Assembly (NCBI GenBank): GCA_009692785.1 | Contig: SHYN01000002.1 | Coordinates: 1 to 42,370, forward strand | Source: Chloroflexota bacterium | GTDB taxonomy: Bacteria; Chloroflexota; Limnocylindria; P2-11E | Direction: 5' to 3' | Length of the DNA stretch: 42,370 nucleotides | In this document: positions 1 through 9,113 of the stretch, piece after piece | Position numbering within the stretch: the first letter of the stretch is position 1 | How the letters are laid out: each line of letters starts with the position of its first letter | Position numbers and translations under genes: made by a program | The notes under the pieces: generated by a model | Seen by the model: only the letters and a program-made list of their open reading frames with translations | Database searches by the model: none | What the model was told of the DNA's origin: nothing

Positions 1-618
1 CTCGCCTACAAGGCTGACCCGATCATCGGCGTCCGTCTCCACGATCTCGAGGACGCACTGACCATTTTCGCGGTCCCCTTCGGCACATACATCGACATCG
101 AGAAGGGGCTCACGGTCGGCACCTCCTCGTGGCGGCGCGTCGACGACAACGCGATCCCGGCGCGCGCGAAGATCACCGGCTCGTATGTGAACGCGGCGCT
201 CGCGAAGACGGAAGCGCAGGACGCCGGGTACGACGAGGCGATCGTGCTCACTCACGATGGCCACGTTTCAGAGGGCTCGGCCGAGAACCTCTTCATGGTC
301 CGCGACGGTATCCTCGTCACGCCGCCGGCGTCGGACAACATCCTTGAGGGGATCACCCGTGCCTCGGTGCTCCAGCTCGCCCGTGATCTCGAGATCCCAA
401 CGGTCGTTCGCTCGATCGACCGGACCGAGCTCTACGTCTGCGACGAACTCTTCCTCTGCGGCACCGGCGCGCAGATCGCGCCGGTCACGAGCATCGACCA
501 CCGTGCCGTCGGCGACGGCGCCATCGGTCCGGTCACCTCCCGGATCAAGGACGTGTACTACGCGGCGGTGAAGGGCAAGGTCGCTCGCTACAAAAATTGG
601 TGCACGCCGGTCTTCTAG
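1..618 (+). CDS. ilvE: branched-chain amino acid aminotransferase, C-terminal part (5' end lies outside the window)
   Basis: Frame 1 is open from base 1 to TAG 616-618. The translation (..GSYVNAALAKTEAQDAGYDEAIVL..EGSAENLFMV..NILEGITR..LFLCGTGAQIAPV..) has the typical class IV (IlvE) aminotransferase C-terminal motifs. Confidence 0.85.
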   Translation, partial: LAYKADPIIGVRLHDLEDALTIFAVPFGTYIDIEKGLTVGTSSWRRVDDNAIPARAKITGSYVNAALAKTEAQDAGYDEAIVLTHDGHVSEGSAENLFMVRDGILVTPPASDNILEGITRASVLQLARDLEIPTVVRSIDRTELYVCDELFLCGTGAQIAPVTSIDHRAVGDGAIGPVTSRIKDVYYAAVKGKVARYKNWCTPVF

Positions 619-2232
619 CTACTGGCGGGCATCCCCGGTGAGCCCGCGGTAGTCGGCGCCGATCACCGCGATGATGTCGGCGGCGCTCGCGTCGCCCGGC
701 GGTAGCGGCACCGCGGCCCGCAGCCCGAGCTGCGCGGCGAGCGCGTCTGCGGTAGCGCGCTTGGCCTGATTCCGGAGGTAGACGACGGTACGCGCCGCCG
801 CCGGTCCCTCGGTGCTCGTCGCGGACACGTTGTAGGCGCGCGCCGCAAGGCGACCGGCCACGGCGAGCAGGGCCTCTCTCCGCTCCCCACCACCGCGGAC
901 CTCGATGAGCGCGGCCTCCTGCCGCACCCGCGGGTCATAGAAGACCTGCGCCACAAGATCGGCGATGCGCGCTCGATCAGGGAACAGGTAGAAGCCGCCG
1001 GGGCCGTTCTGCTCCCTGAGCTCGCAGTGGGAGAAGTCACCGCCACAGGGATAGAGGACCTCAGTGCGGATCGCGCCGCGATCCATCCCCGCGCCCAGAC
1101 GGGCGACCGGGAGCACCTGCGCCGGATCGAAGCTCGTCTGGATCGCGGGTCCGACCTGATCCATGATCGCCGGCAGCCTGACGAGAAGGTCACCTCCGGT
1201 GAGCCGTGCGCGCAGGGCGGCGACGACCTCCTGCTGGCGCGCGGCGCGGTCGTAGTCGGTGGAGCCATGCCGGGTTCTGGCGTACCGCAGTGCGGCTTCT
1301 CCGCGCATCAGCTGCGGCCCGGCGAGGATATCGAGGCGCTGCACGCCGAAGGCGGCGGTCGGATAGGTCTCATCGCGAAGCGGCCGCCGAACGTCCACGA
1401 GGACGCCGCCCGCGCCGTCGATGATCCTCGTGAATGCGTCGAAGTCGAGGAGGCCGTACGCGTGCAGATCGATCCTGAGAAGATCCTCGACCAGCCGGCG
1501 CGACAGGTCGGCGCCACCGAACGAGTACGCGGCGTTGAGCTTCTCCTGAAAGATGCCGGGACGATCGATGAAGATGTCGCGCGGGATGGAGAGCATGCCG
1601 ACCGTCCGGTTCAGCGGATCGAGGGTGAGAATGATCATCGTGTCTGTGTTCCGGTCGGTGTCGGTCGGCCCGCGCGAGTCGATCCCGAGGAGGAGCACGT
1701 TGAGTCGCTCGGTCCCGGTCCAGGCCGGTGGCGGCGTCGCCGTCGTGGCCGCTCGGCTTCCTAGCGCAACGGGTGTGAAGAGCCTTGTGGTGAGTCCCGC
1801 CCAGGCCGCGGCCCGCTGGTAGACCGCGCCATACCCCGCGAGAAGGGCGACAAGCAGAGTGATAAGGACCGCGTATTCGCGCCTCCGTCGCCCGACAAGG
1901 CCGGGGAGGCCGCGCTCGCCGTTCAATGCGTCGCCGACGGCCGAGAGGTGGACGAGGCAGCCAGCCCCGAGCGCGACGGCGACGATCGCGTCCGCATACC
2001 GGATGAGGGCCCCGCTCCACGCGTCGACGCCCACGGCGAGCGCGCCGACCACGACGAGCATCGCCACCGGCAGGCCGAGGAGGACGGCGCCCCGCGTCCA
2101 CTGCCCGCGGTACCACTGGCCGAGGCCCGGGAGCAGGGCGGAGAGCACCGCGGCGAACTCACCCGATGCGGGCGCAGAGACCAGCGGGCTCCGCGCAAGC
2201 CTCCGCCGACGGTCGGCGATCGTTTCTGCCAT
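619..2232 (-). CDS. LytR-CpsA-Psr (LCP) family cell-envelope phosphotransferase with N-terminal TM helices and a LytR_C-like tail
   Basis: LCP core motifs are present: LNVLLLGIDSRG..DTMIILTLDP..MLSIPRDI..KLNAAYSFGG. A hydrophobic N-terminus is also present. I place the start at ATG 2232 (MAETIADRRRR); the track start at 2313 would overlap the divergent ABC gene. Confidence 0.8.
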   Translation of the reverse strand: MAETIADRRRRLARSPLVSAPASGEFAAVLSALLPGLGQWYRGQWTRGAVLLGLPVAMLVVVGALAVGVDAWSGALIRYADAIVAVALGAGCLVHLSAVGDALNGERGLPGLVGRRRREYAVLITLLVALLAGYGAVYQRAAAWAGLTTRLFTPVALGSRAATTATPPPAWTGTERLNVLLLGIDSRGPTDTDRNTDTMIILTLDPLNRTVGMLSIPRDIFIDRPGIFQEKLNAAYSFGGADLSRRLVEDLLRIDLHAYGLLDFDAFTRIIDGAGGVLVDVRRPLRDETYPTAAFGVQRLDILAGPQLMRGEAALRYARTRHGSTDYDRAARQQEVVAALRARLTGGDLLVRLPAIMDQVGPAIQTSFDPAQVLPVARLGAGMDRGAIRTEVLYPCGGDFSHCELREQNGPGGFYLFPDRARIADLVAQVFYDPRVRQEAALIEVRGGGERREALLAVAGRLAARAYNVSATSTEGPAAARTVVYLRNQAKRATADALAAQLGLRAAVPLPPGDASAADIIAVIGADYRGLTGDARQ

Positions 2233-2303
2233 CCGGTCCAGTCTCGACCATCGCGCCCCGTTTTGCGTTTGACTTTGCTGGAGGCGCCCCGCATCGTGGC
2301 GGC

Positions 2304-3062
2304 ATGGGGGCAATGATCGCCGTACGTGACCTCGCGAAGCGCTACGGCGCCCTCGAGGCGGTGCGCGGGATCTCGTTCGAGGTCGAGCCTGGCGAGATCT
2401 TCGGCCTCCTCGGGCCGAATGGCGCAGGGAAGACGACGACCGTGGAGATCCTCGAGGGTCTGCGGAGTGCCGACAGCGGGAGCGTGACCGTCGCGGGCGT
2501 TGACGTCATGCAGGACCCACGAGCGGTCAAGGGCCGGATCGGGGTGCAGCTCCAGGCCAGCGCCTTTCCCGAGAACTTCCTGGCCCGCGAGATCATCGAT
2601 CTGTTCGCGCTCTTCCACGGGCGCCGCGTCGACGCGCTGGCGCTGCTCGCCGCTGTGGGCCTCCAGGACAAGGCCAGCGCACGGGAGGAGAAGCTCTCCG
2701 GCGGCCAGCGGCAGAGGCTTTCGCTTGCGGTGGCGATGGTGGGCGAGCCGCAGGTGCTCTTCCTCGACGAGCCGACGACCGGCCTTGACCCCCAGGCGCG
2801 CCGGAACCTCTGGGCGCTCATCCGGACGGTCCAGGCGCGTGGGACGACGGTGCTCCTCACCACCCATTACCTCGACGAGGCGGAGATCCTCTGTGATCGC
2901 GTTGCCGTGATGGACGGTGGCCGCATCGTGGCGTTGGATGCGCCCCGCGCTCTCGTGGGCTCCCTGCTCGCTCGTGGATTCTCCAAGCCCGCGGTCCAGC
3001 AGCAGGCGAATCTTGACGACGTGTTCCTCGACCTCACCGGTCATGCGCTCAGGGACGACTGA
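2304..3062 (+). CDS. ABC transporter ATP-binding protein (ABC-2/DrrA-like exporter ATPase)
   Basis: Walker A GPNGAGKTT, signature LSGGQRQRL and Walker B LFLDEPTTGLD are all present. The start is ATG 2304 (MGAMIAVRDLAKRYG); the upstream part of the track ORF overlaps the divergent LCP gene. Confidence 0.85.
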   Translation: MGAMIAVRDLAKRYGALEAVRGISFEVEPGEIFGLLGPNGAGKTTTVEILEGLRSADSGSVTVAGVDVMQDPRAVKGRIGVQLQASAFPENFLAREIIDLFALFHGRRVDALALLAAVGLQDKASAREEKLSGGQRQRLSLAVAMVGEPQVLFLDEPTTGLDPQARRNLWALIRTVQARGTTVLLTTHYLDEAEILCDRVAVMDGGRIVALDAPRALVGSLLARGFSKPAVQQQANLDDVFLDLTGHALRDD

Positions 3063-4161
3063 CCTGATCGGTCAGGTGCTGCGCTACACGCTCATGCTCG
3101 CGCGGGCCTACCTGCGCGATCGCAGCGCGCTGTTCTTCAGCCTCATCCTGCCGCTCATGCTCATGCTCATCTTCGGCGGGCTGAACCTCGGCGCGTTCGG
3201 CCACGTGCGGGTCGGCATCGATGACCAGGCGCAGAACGCGGATTCCGCTCGCTTCATCGAACGGCTGGCCGCGGTCGACACGCTCACGATCAAGCGCGGG
3301 TCGGCCGCGGACGAGAAGGCGGCCCTCACCAAGGGCGACCGGGACATGGTCATCGTGCTCCCCAGGGAGTTCCGGCTCGCGCCGCTCGCGGATGGCCAAC
3401 GGGCGCCCACGATCACCCTGTACCTCAATGCCAGCAGCCCGCAGCAATCAGGCGTCGGGCAGGCGATCCTCGCGCAGCTCATCGATCAGACGACGTTCGC
3501 CGTCACGCGCACCGCCCCCATCGTCGCTGTGCAGGTCGAGTCGGTGAGCACGACCGATCTTCGCTACGTGGACTTTCTGGTCCCGGGCATCCTCGCGATG
3601 ACGATCATGCAGCTGGGGATCTCCGGCGTGGCATTCGCGCTCGTCGTCGCAAAGCAACGCGGGGGGCTCCGGCGGATCATGGCGACCCCGTTCACGCCGC
3701 GGCGTTTCCTCGCGGGGCACGTGCTCCTTCGACTTGCCCTTGCCGTGATCCAGACCCTCATCCTGCTCGGCGTCGCGGTGCTGCTCTTCAAGGTGCGGAT
3801 CATCGGCTCGCTGCCGGCCCTCCTGCTCGTCGCGGTGCTCGGCTCGGTCCTGTTCATCTGCCTCGGCTTCGCCCTCGCGGGGTGGGCGACCACCGAGAAC
3901 CAGGTCGCGCCGCTGACCCAGCTGGTGACCCTTCCGCAGATGTTCCTCGCGGGTGTGTTCTTCCCGACGGAGGCGGTGCCGGCCGTCGTTCGTCCGCTCA
4001 CCAACCTGCTTCCGCTCGCGTTCCTCGCCGACGCGCTCCGCAGCATCAGCACGACCGGAGCGACGCTCTGGGACGTCCGAGGCGCGATCATCGGCCTGCT
4101 CGCCTGGGCCGGGATCGGCTTCGTGCTGGCGGTGCGGCTCTTCCGCTTCGACACCGCTTGA
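3043..4161 (+). CDS. ABC-2 type transporter permease
   Basis: It overlaps the ATPase stop by 20 nt. It has an N-terminal TM helix, a large extracytoplasmic loop, then 5 hydrophobic helices (FLVPGILAMTIMQ.., ..LLFKVRIIGSLPALLL..), the typical ABC-2 membrane-protein layout. The start is taken at ATG 3043. Confidence 0.75.
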   Translation: MRSGTTDLIGQVLRYTLMLARAYLRDRSALFFSLILPLMLMLIFGGLNLGAFGHVRVGIDDQAQNADSARFIERLAAVDTLTIKRGSAADEKAALTKGDRDMVIVLPREFRLAPLADGQRAPTITLYLNASSPQQSGVGQAILAQLIDQTTFAVTRTAPIVAVQVESVSTTDLRYVDFLVPGILAMTIMQLGISGVAFALVVAKQRGGLRRIMATPFTPRRFLAGHVLLRLALAVIQTLILLGVAVLLFKVRIIGSLPALLLVAVLGSVLFICLGFALAGWATTENQVAPLTQLVTLPQMFLAGVFFPTEAVPAVVRPLTNLLPLAFLADALRSISTTGATLWDVRGAIIGLLAWAGIGFVLAVRLFRFDTA

Positions 4162-4164
4162 TCG

Positions 4165-4752
4165 CTAGCGGGCCAGCGCGCGATGCACGGCCCGGTGTGC
4201 CACGGCGCGGAAGCGACCCCAGCTGGCCCAGTCGCCCCCGAGCTCACCCAGAGCGTCGATCGCCTCGAGCGTGGCGGCGATGGTGAGGAGCTCGTCCGGC
4301 TCGATCTCGCGGAATGCCTCGATCTGCTCGCTCTCGTCCAGAGCGGCCAGGGTGCCGCCCGTCTCGGGCAGGAGGAAGCAGAAGGTGTGGAATGCCGCGC
4401 GCCGCTCGCCGCGCGCCCGGTATTCGATCGCGGCGAGGAAGCGTGGCACATCGTGCTGGAGGCCGGTCTCCTCGAGCATCTCCCGCTCGAGCGCCACGGC
4501 GATGCTCTCTCCGGGGTGGATGCCTCCGGTGGGTAGGCGCCACCCCGCGCGCGGGTAAAAGGTCTTGATCGACAGCAGAAGGCGGCCGTTCGGCCGGCGG
4601 ACGGCCATCAGGACCTCACCGGTGCGGGTCGGGTCGTGGATCGGATCGAAGGAGACGTCGTCAAGTTCGGCGATCACCCGGAGCGGCGTGCCCCACCGTC
4701 CGGCAAGGCCGGCGATCTCGACCTCGAAGTCGACCTCCCGTGGCATCCGCAT
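4165..4752 (-). CDS. NUDIX hydrolase
   Basis: The Nudix box is present: LPTGGIHPGESIAVALEREMLEETGL (GX5EX7REUXEEXGU). The start is placed at ATG 4752 (MRMPREV); the upstream 93 codons of the track ORF run antisense into ileS. Confidence 0.75.
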   Translation of the reverse strand: MRMPREVDFEVEIAGLAGRWGTPLRVIAELDDVSFDPIHDPTRTGEVLMAVRRPNGRLLLSIKTFYPRAGWRLPTGGIHPGESIAVALEREMLEETGLQHDVPRFLAAIEYRARGERRAAFHTFCFLLPETGGTLAALDESEQIEAFREIEPDELLTIAATLEAIDALGELGGDWASWGRFRAVAHRAVHRALAR

Positions 4753-4855
4753 GGACCGGTGAGTATGTCCGTTACAGTTGCTCTTCACAAGCGCTTGAGG
4801 GGCCATCACCCCAAGGATCTCCCGCAGGGACCTCTGGCATGTGGAGGTGGTGGAA

Positions 4856-7800
4856 ATGGCGAGCGAGAAGAACGCGCGCTTCGCAGCGGTGGCTTCGTCA
4901 CTCGACCTGCCGGCCGTCGAGCACGAGATCCTCGCGCTCTGGGAGCGCGATGGTTCGTTCGCGGAGCTCCGCCGAAAGAACGCCGGCGGCCCGGTCTTCT
5001 CATTTGTCGATGGCCCCGTTACCGCCAACATCGCCTATCTGGGCGTCCATCACGCCTGGGGTCGCACCTATAAGGATCTCTTCCAGCGCTACAAGGCGAT
5101 GCGGGGTTTCGACCAGCGGTACCAGAACGGATTCGACTGCCAGGGGCTCTGGGTCGAGGTCGAGGTCGAGCGCGAGCTCAAGCTGAACAGCAAGCGGGAC
5201 ATCGAGGCCTACGGCCTCGGCCGCTTTGCCGATGCCTGCCTGGCGCGTGTGCGGCAGTCGGCGGAGGCGATCTCGGTCCAGTCCGCCCGGCTCGGGCAGT
5301 GGATGGACTGGTCGAACTCCTACTACACGTACACCGACCAGAACATCTCCCACATCTGGGCGGTCCTCAAACTGTGCCACGAGCGAGGATGGCTCTATAA
5401 GGGGCAGCGCTCGATGCCCTGGTGCGCGCGCTGTGGCACCGCCCTCTCCCAGCACGAGATGATCGACTCGTACCGCGAGATGACCCACCTCTCGGTCACT
5501 GTGCGCATGCCGGTCGAGGGTAGGACGGACGAGGCCTTCCTCGTGTGGACCACGACGGCCTGGACGCTCAGCGCGAATGTGGCGCTCGCGGTGCACCCCG
5601 AGCTGGACTACGTGCGCGTGCGGGTCGGCGCCGAGGTGCTCATCGTGGGGAAGAAGGTCTATGAGGCCGCGGGCTGGTCCGACGCGTCCGTCCTCGAGAC
5701 CCTGAAGGGTGCCGCGCTCGTCGGTCTCAGGTACCGGGGTCCCTACGACGAGCTTCCCGCGACAAGGGACGTCAGCGCGCGTCACCGGGTCATCGCCTGG
5801 GACGAGGTCGGCGAGGATGAGGGCACCGGGATCGTCCACATCGCGCCGGGCTGCGGTGACGTGGACTTCCAGCTCGGCAAGCGCTACGAGTTGCCCGTGC
5901 TGGTCCCGATCGACGAGAACGCTCGCTACGGCGAGGGGTACGGTTTTCTCAGCGGACGTGAGGCGCGGGGCGTCGCGGACGACGTGGCCCTGGATTTGAC
6001 CGCCAAGGGCCTGCTCTTCAAGGCCGCCCCGTACACCCACCGCTACCCCGAGTGCTGGCGGTGCCACGAGGAGATCGTGTTCCGCGTGGACGAGGAATGG
6101 TTCCTCGCGATGGACGAGATCCGGCCCAAGCTCAAGGAGGTCGCCGCGGGCGTTCACTGGGTGCCGGAGTCGGCCGGAAAGCGGATGCAGGACTGGCTCC
6201 TCAACATGGGCGACTGGAATATCTCGCGCAAGCGCTACTGGGGCCTCCCGCTGCCCTTCTACACCTGCGCGAACGATCACTTCTTCGTCCTTGGTTCCGC
6301 TGATGAGCTGCGTGAGCGCGCGACGAGCGGGCTCGAGAGCCTCCGCGAACTCCACCGGCCGTGGATCGACGAGGTCGTCGTCGCCTGCCCCACCTGCGCC
6401 GCCCCCTCGAAACGCGTGCGGGAGGTGGGGGACTGCTGGCTCGACGCCGGCATCGTGCCCTTCTCGACACTCGACTGGCTCCACGACCGTTCGGGGTGGG
6501 CCAAATGGTTCCCGGCCGACCTCGTCGTGGAGATGCGCGAGCAGATCCGGCTCTGGTTCTACGCGCAGCTCTTCTTCAGCGTCGTGATCACCGAGACCGC
6601 ACCGTACCGGACGGTCGTCGCGCACGAGAAGCTCCTCGACGAGACCGGGAGGGCGATGCACCGTTCCTGGGGCAACGTCATCGTGTTCCCCGAGGCCGCG
6701 GAGAAGGTCGGCGCGGATGCGATGCGCTGGCTGTTCGGGCGGCAGAACATCCAGGAGAACATCCTCTTCGGCTACGGGCCGCTGGACCTCGTGCGGCGGC
6801 GCCTGCTCACGCTCTGGAACACGTACTCCTTCTTTGTGACCTACGCGAACCTTGACGGCTTCGATCCGAATGAGCCAGCGCCCAGCATCGCCTCGCGCAG
6901 TCTGCTCGACCGGTGGATCCTTTCGCGCCTGCACGTTCTCGTGCGTGATGTGACCGCCGATCTCGAGCGGTACGAATCGCAGGCGCCGGTGCTCGCCATC
7001 GAGCGCTTCTGGGATGAGCTTTCCGATTGGTACGTGCGGCTCTCCCGGCGCCGCTTCTGGAAGGCCACCTCCGATACTGACAAGCGGGCTGCGGAGTGCA
7101 CGCTGTACGAGGTGCTGACGACGCTTGCGCGCCTGATGGCCCCCTACATGCCGTTCGTCGCCGAATCGATGTACCAGAACCTCGAGCGCACGGCTCGCCG
7201 GGCGGCCCCAGCGAGCGTGCATCACACCGACTGGCCTAAGAGCAACGCCGCGGCCATCGACGGCGACCTCGAGGCGCGGATGCGTGCGGCGATGCGGGTC
7301 GTCTCGCTTGGCCGGGCGGCACGCGGTGAGGCCAGAGTGAAGGTCCGGATGCCGCTCGCCCGGCTCACCGCGGTCTTTGCGGAAGGCGACGCGGATCACG
7401 GTCAGCTCCGGTCAACGGACGAGCTGGTCCGGGTCATCTGCGACGAGCTGAACGTGAAGGCGCTCGAGATCCGCGACCACGCCAGGGGTTTGGTGGTCGA
7501 CGTCGTGCAGCCGGACCTGAAGAAGCTGGGACCAAAGCTCGGCAGGCAGATGCCAGACGTGCAGCAGAGGCTCCGCGAGGGGCGCTTCACGACGAACGAG
7601 GACTCGTCCCTCCAAGTCGGTGACGTTCGGCTCGGACCCGACGAGGTCATCGTGCGAAAGGTCGGTTCGCCGGGTCTTGCCATCGGCTGGGACGGCGGAG
7701 CCGTGGTGGTGATCGAGACCGCCCTGACCCCCGAGCTCGAGGCCGAGGGCCTCGCCCGAGAGCTCGCCCACCGCATCAACGTCATGCGCAAGGACGCGGG

Positions 7801-7990
7801 ACTCGCCATCGCCGACCGCATCGCGCTTCGGTATGCCGGCGCGATCACGCCGACCGTCGAGCGGCAGCGCGAGATGCTCGCGGAGGAGGCGCTCGCGACC
7901 TCGCTGACCGCGGGGCTCATGGGTCGTGGCCATTCCTGGAGCGGCGACCTCAACGGCGTCGCGAGCGAGCTGGAGATCGAGCGGGTCTAG
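4856..7990 (+). CDS. ileS: isoleucine--tRNA ligase (type 2, Thermus-like architecture)
   Basis: Collinear IleRS motifs are present: YKDLFQRYKAMRGF, WTTTAWTLSANVALAVHPE (CP1 editing), GTGIVHIAPGCG, CWRCHEEIVF, WNISRKRYWGLPLP, GADAMRWLF. GGAGG at 4844-4848 sits 7 nt upstream of ATG 4856; an alternative start is GTG 4841. Confidence 0.9.
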   Translation: MASEKNARFAAVASSLDLPAVEHEILALWERDGSFAELRRKNAGGPVFSFVDGPVTANIAYLGVHHAWGRTYKDLFQRYKAMRGFDQRYQNGFDCQGLWVEVEVERELKLNSKRDIEAYGLGRFADACLARVRQSAEAISVQSARLGQWMDWSNSYYTYTDQNISHIWAVLKLCHERGWLYKGQRSMPWCARCGTALSQHEMIDSYREMTHLSVTVRMPVEGRTDEAFLVWTTTAWTLSANVALAVHPELDYVRVRVGAEVLIVGKKVYEAAGWSDASVLETLKGAALVGLRYRGPYDELPATRDVSARHRVIAWDEVGEDEGTGIVHIAPGCGDVDFQLGKRYELPVLVPIDENARYGEGYGFLSGREARGVADDVALDLTAKGLLFKAAPYTHRYPECWRCHEEIVFRVDEEWFLAMDEIRPKLKEVAAGVHWVPESAGKRMQDWLLNMGDWNISRKRYWGLPLPFYTCANDHFFVLGSADELRERATSGLESLRELHRPWIDEVVVACPTCAAPSKRVREVGDCWLDAGIVPFSTLDWLHDRSGWAKWFPADLVVEMREQIRLWFYAQLFFSVVITETAPYRTVVAHEKLLDETGRAMHRSWGNVIVFPEAAEKVGADAMRWLFGRQNIQENILFGYGPLDLVRRRLLTLWNTYSFFVTYANLDGFDPNEPAPSIASRSLLDRWILSRLHVLVRDVTADLERYESQAPVLAIERFWDELSDWYVRLSRRRFWKATSDTDKRAAECTLYEVLTTLARLMAPYMPFVAESMYQNLERTARRAAPASVHHTDWPKSNAAAIDGDLEARMRAAMRVVSLGRAARGEARVKVRMPLARLTAVFAEGDADHGQLRSTDELVRVICDELNVKALEIRDHARGLVVDVVQPDLKKLGPKLGRQMPDVQQRLREGRFTTNEDSSLQVGDVRLGPDEVIVRKVGSPGLAIGWDGGAVVVIETALTPELEAEGLARELAHRINVMRKDAGLAIADRIALRYAGAITPTVERQREMLAEEALATSLTAGLMGRGHSWSGDLNGVASELEIERV

Positions 7991-8114
7991 TGGCGGGTCA
8001 TGCTGACTCGGAGCCCCATTGCATGTCGAGTGGCGGACCTCAACGTGCGCGCCGGGTCCGTGACACGCACGGTCTGGTTCGAGTCGACGGTACGCGGGTG
8101 GTAGCGTTCCTTCC

Positions 8115-9113
8115 ATGACAGGCCTCGCGTTCGTCTTCCCGGGGCAGGGGTCCCAGGCGGTCGGCATGGGCCGCGCCGTGTATCTCGCCTCTCGGCGGGC
8201 GCGCGAGATCTTTGATGAGGCGGACCGCATCCTTGGCTACCGGCTTTCGGCGATCTGCTTTGAAGGACCGGACGAGCGCCTCAATGACACAGCGGTCGCG
8301 CAGCCCGCGGTCCTCACGACGAGCGTGGCGCTTCTCGAGGCCCTCGCCGAAGCATCTGCGGTCGATCATCGGATGAGCGATGGGAGCGAACCGCGAGGTG
8401 TCGCGGCGCTGCCCAACGGCGTGGCCCCCGCGTTCGTCGCCGGGCACTCGCTCGGCGAGTACACGGCTCTCGTCGCCGCCGGAGTGCTCACGTTCTCCGA
8501 GGCGCTGCGGCTGGTGGCCGAGCGTGGGCGCCTTGCAGCGGTGGGTGGGGCCCGGGGCGCGATGGCCGCGGTGCTCGGGATGTCCGCGGCGGATGTCGAG
8601 CGCGTCATCGACGCCACCGTGGCTCGCGGTAGCGCGGTGGTCGCGAACGACAACGGTCCGGCACAGGTCACCATCGCCGGCGACGACGTGAGCCTATCCA
8701 GGGTCAGCCTCGCCCTCGCGGCTGCGGGCGCAAAAAAGGTGGTGCCGCTCAGGATCTCGGCCCCCTTTCACTTTCCGGCGATGGGCCGCATCGGCCCGGA
8801 CCTTTCCGCATTCATGCGCGGCCTGACCTGGCGCGATCCCGTCGTCCCGATCGTCGCCAACGTTTCCGCCCTGCCCCACCTACCCGGCAGCATTCCGGAA
8901 ACGCTGGTCCGGCACCTCACGCAGCGCGTCGAGTGGCTTCGGTCGGTCCGGTACATGGTCGGGCTCGGCGCCTCCACCTTCGTCGAGCTCGGCGCCGGCC
9001 AGGTCGTGAATGGACTTGTCAAGCGGATCGCCGACGTGCGGCTCATCAACATTTCGGACCCGCTTACCATCTCGGGCGCCCTGACGGCGCTTCGTCGTGG
9101 AGGGCCGCGTTGA
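8115..9113 (+). CDS. fabD: malonyl CoA-ACP transacylase
   Basis: FVFPGQGSQAVGMG and the active-site GHSLGEY motif are present, and fabF/fabG lie immediately downstream. Confidence 0.9.
   Translation: MTGLAFVFPGQGSQAVGMGRAVYLASRRAREIFDEADRILGYRLSAICFEGPDERLNDTAVAQPAVLTTSVALLEALAEASAVDHRMSDGSEPRGVAALPNGVAPAFVAGHSLGEYTALVAAGVLTFSEALRLVAERGRLAAVGGARGAMAAVLGMSAADVERVIDATVARGSAVVANDNGPAQVTIAGDDVSLSRVSLALAAAGAKKVVPLRISAPFHFPAMGRIGPDLSAFMRGLTWRDPVVPIVANVSALPHLPGSIPETLVRHLTQRVEWLRSVRYMVGLGASTFVELGAGQVVNGLVKRIADVRLINISDPLTISGALTALRRGGPR

Noticed and set aside
4753-4855. A possible T-box leader upstream of ileS. A hairpin GGGG-CCAUCA-CCCC (4799-4812) displays an AUC(A) Ile codon, and UGGU lies near the SD.
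   Set aside because: There is no match to the conserved T-box sequence (..GGGUGGNACCGCG..) and no recognisable Stem I, K-turn or discriminator architecture. Only about 100 nt are available before the divergent NUDIX gene. The AUC loop is most likely coincidental. An Infernal scan with the Rfam T-box model (RF00230) would settle it.
5000-7399. A 799-aa ORF on the minus strand, antisense to ileS.
   Set aside because: It is fully nested opposite a gene with unambiguous IleRS motifs. Its translation is Arg/Gly/Pro/Asp/His-rich low complexity with no recognisable motif. Long antisense ORFs of this kind are expected in very GC-rich DNA because stop codons are rare.
8060-8100. A tRNA-like T-loop sequence GGTTCGAGTC in the ileS-fabD spacer.
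   Set aside because: The flanking bases do not form a T-stem (TCTGG versus CGACG gives 2 mismatches in 5). No acceptor or anticodon arms can be drawn either.
8933-9109. Long N-terminal extensions suggested by the ORF track for fabF (8933), rnhB (41227), acpP (30373), the NUDIX gene (5031), the ABC ATPase (2166), the permease (2917) and rpmB (23275).
   Set aside because: The extensions overlap the preceding or divergent gene and are not family-like. Internal starts that coincide with conserved N-termini, SD-like sequences or NTGA overlaps were chosen instead.
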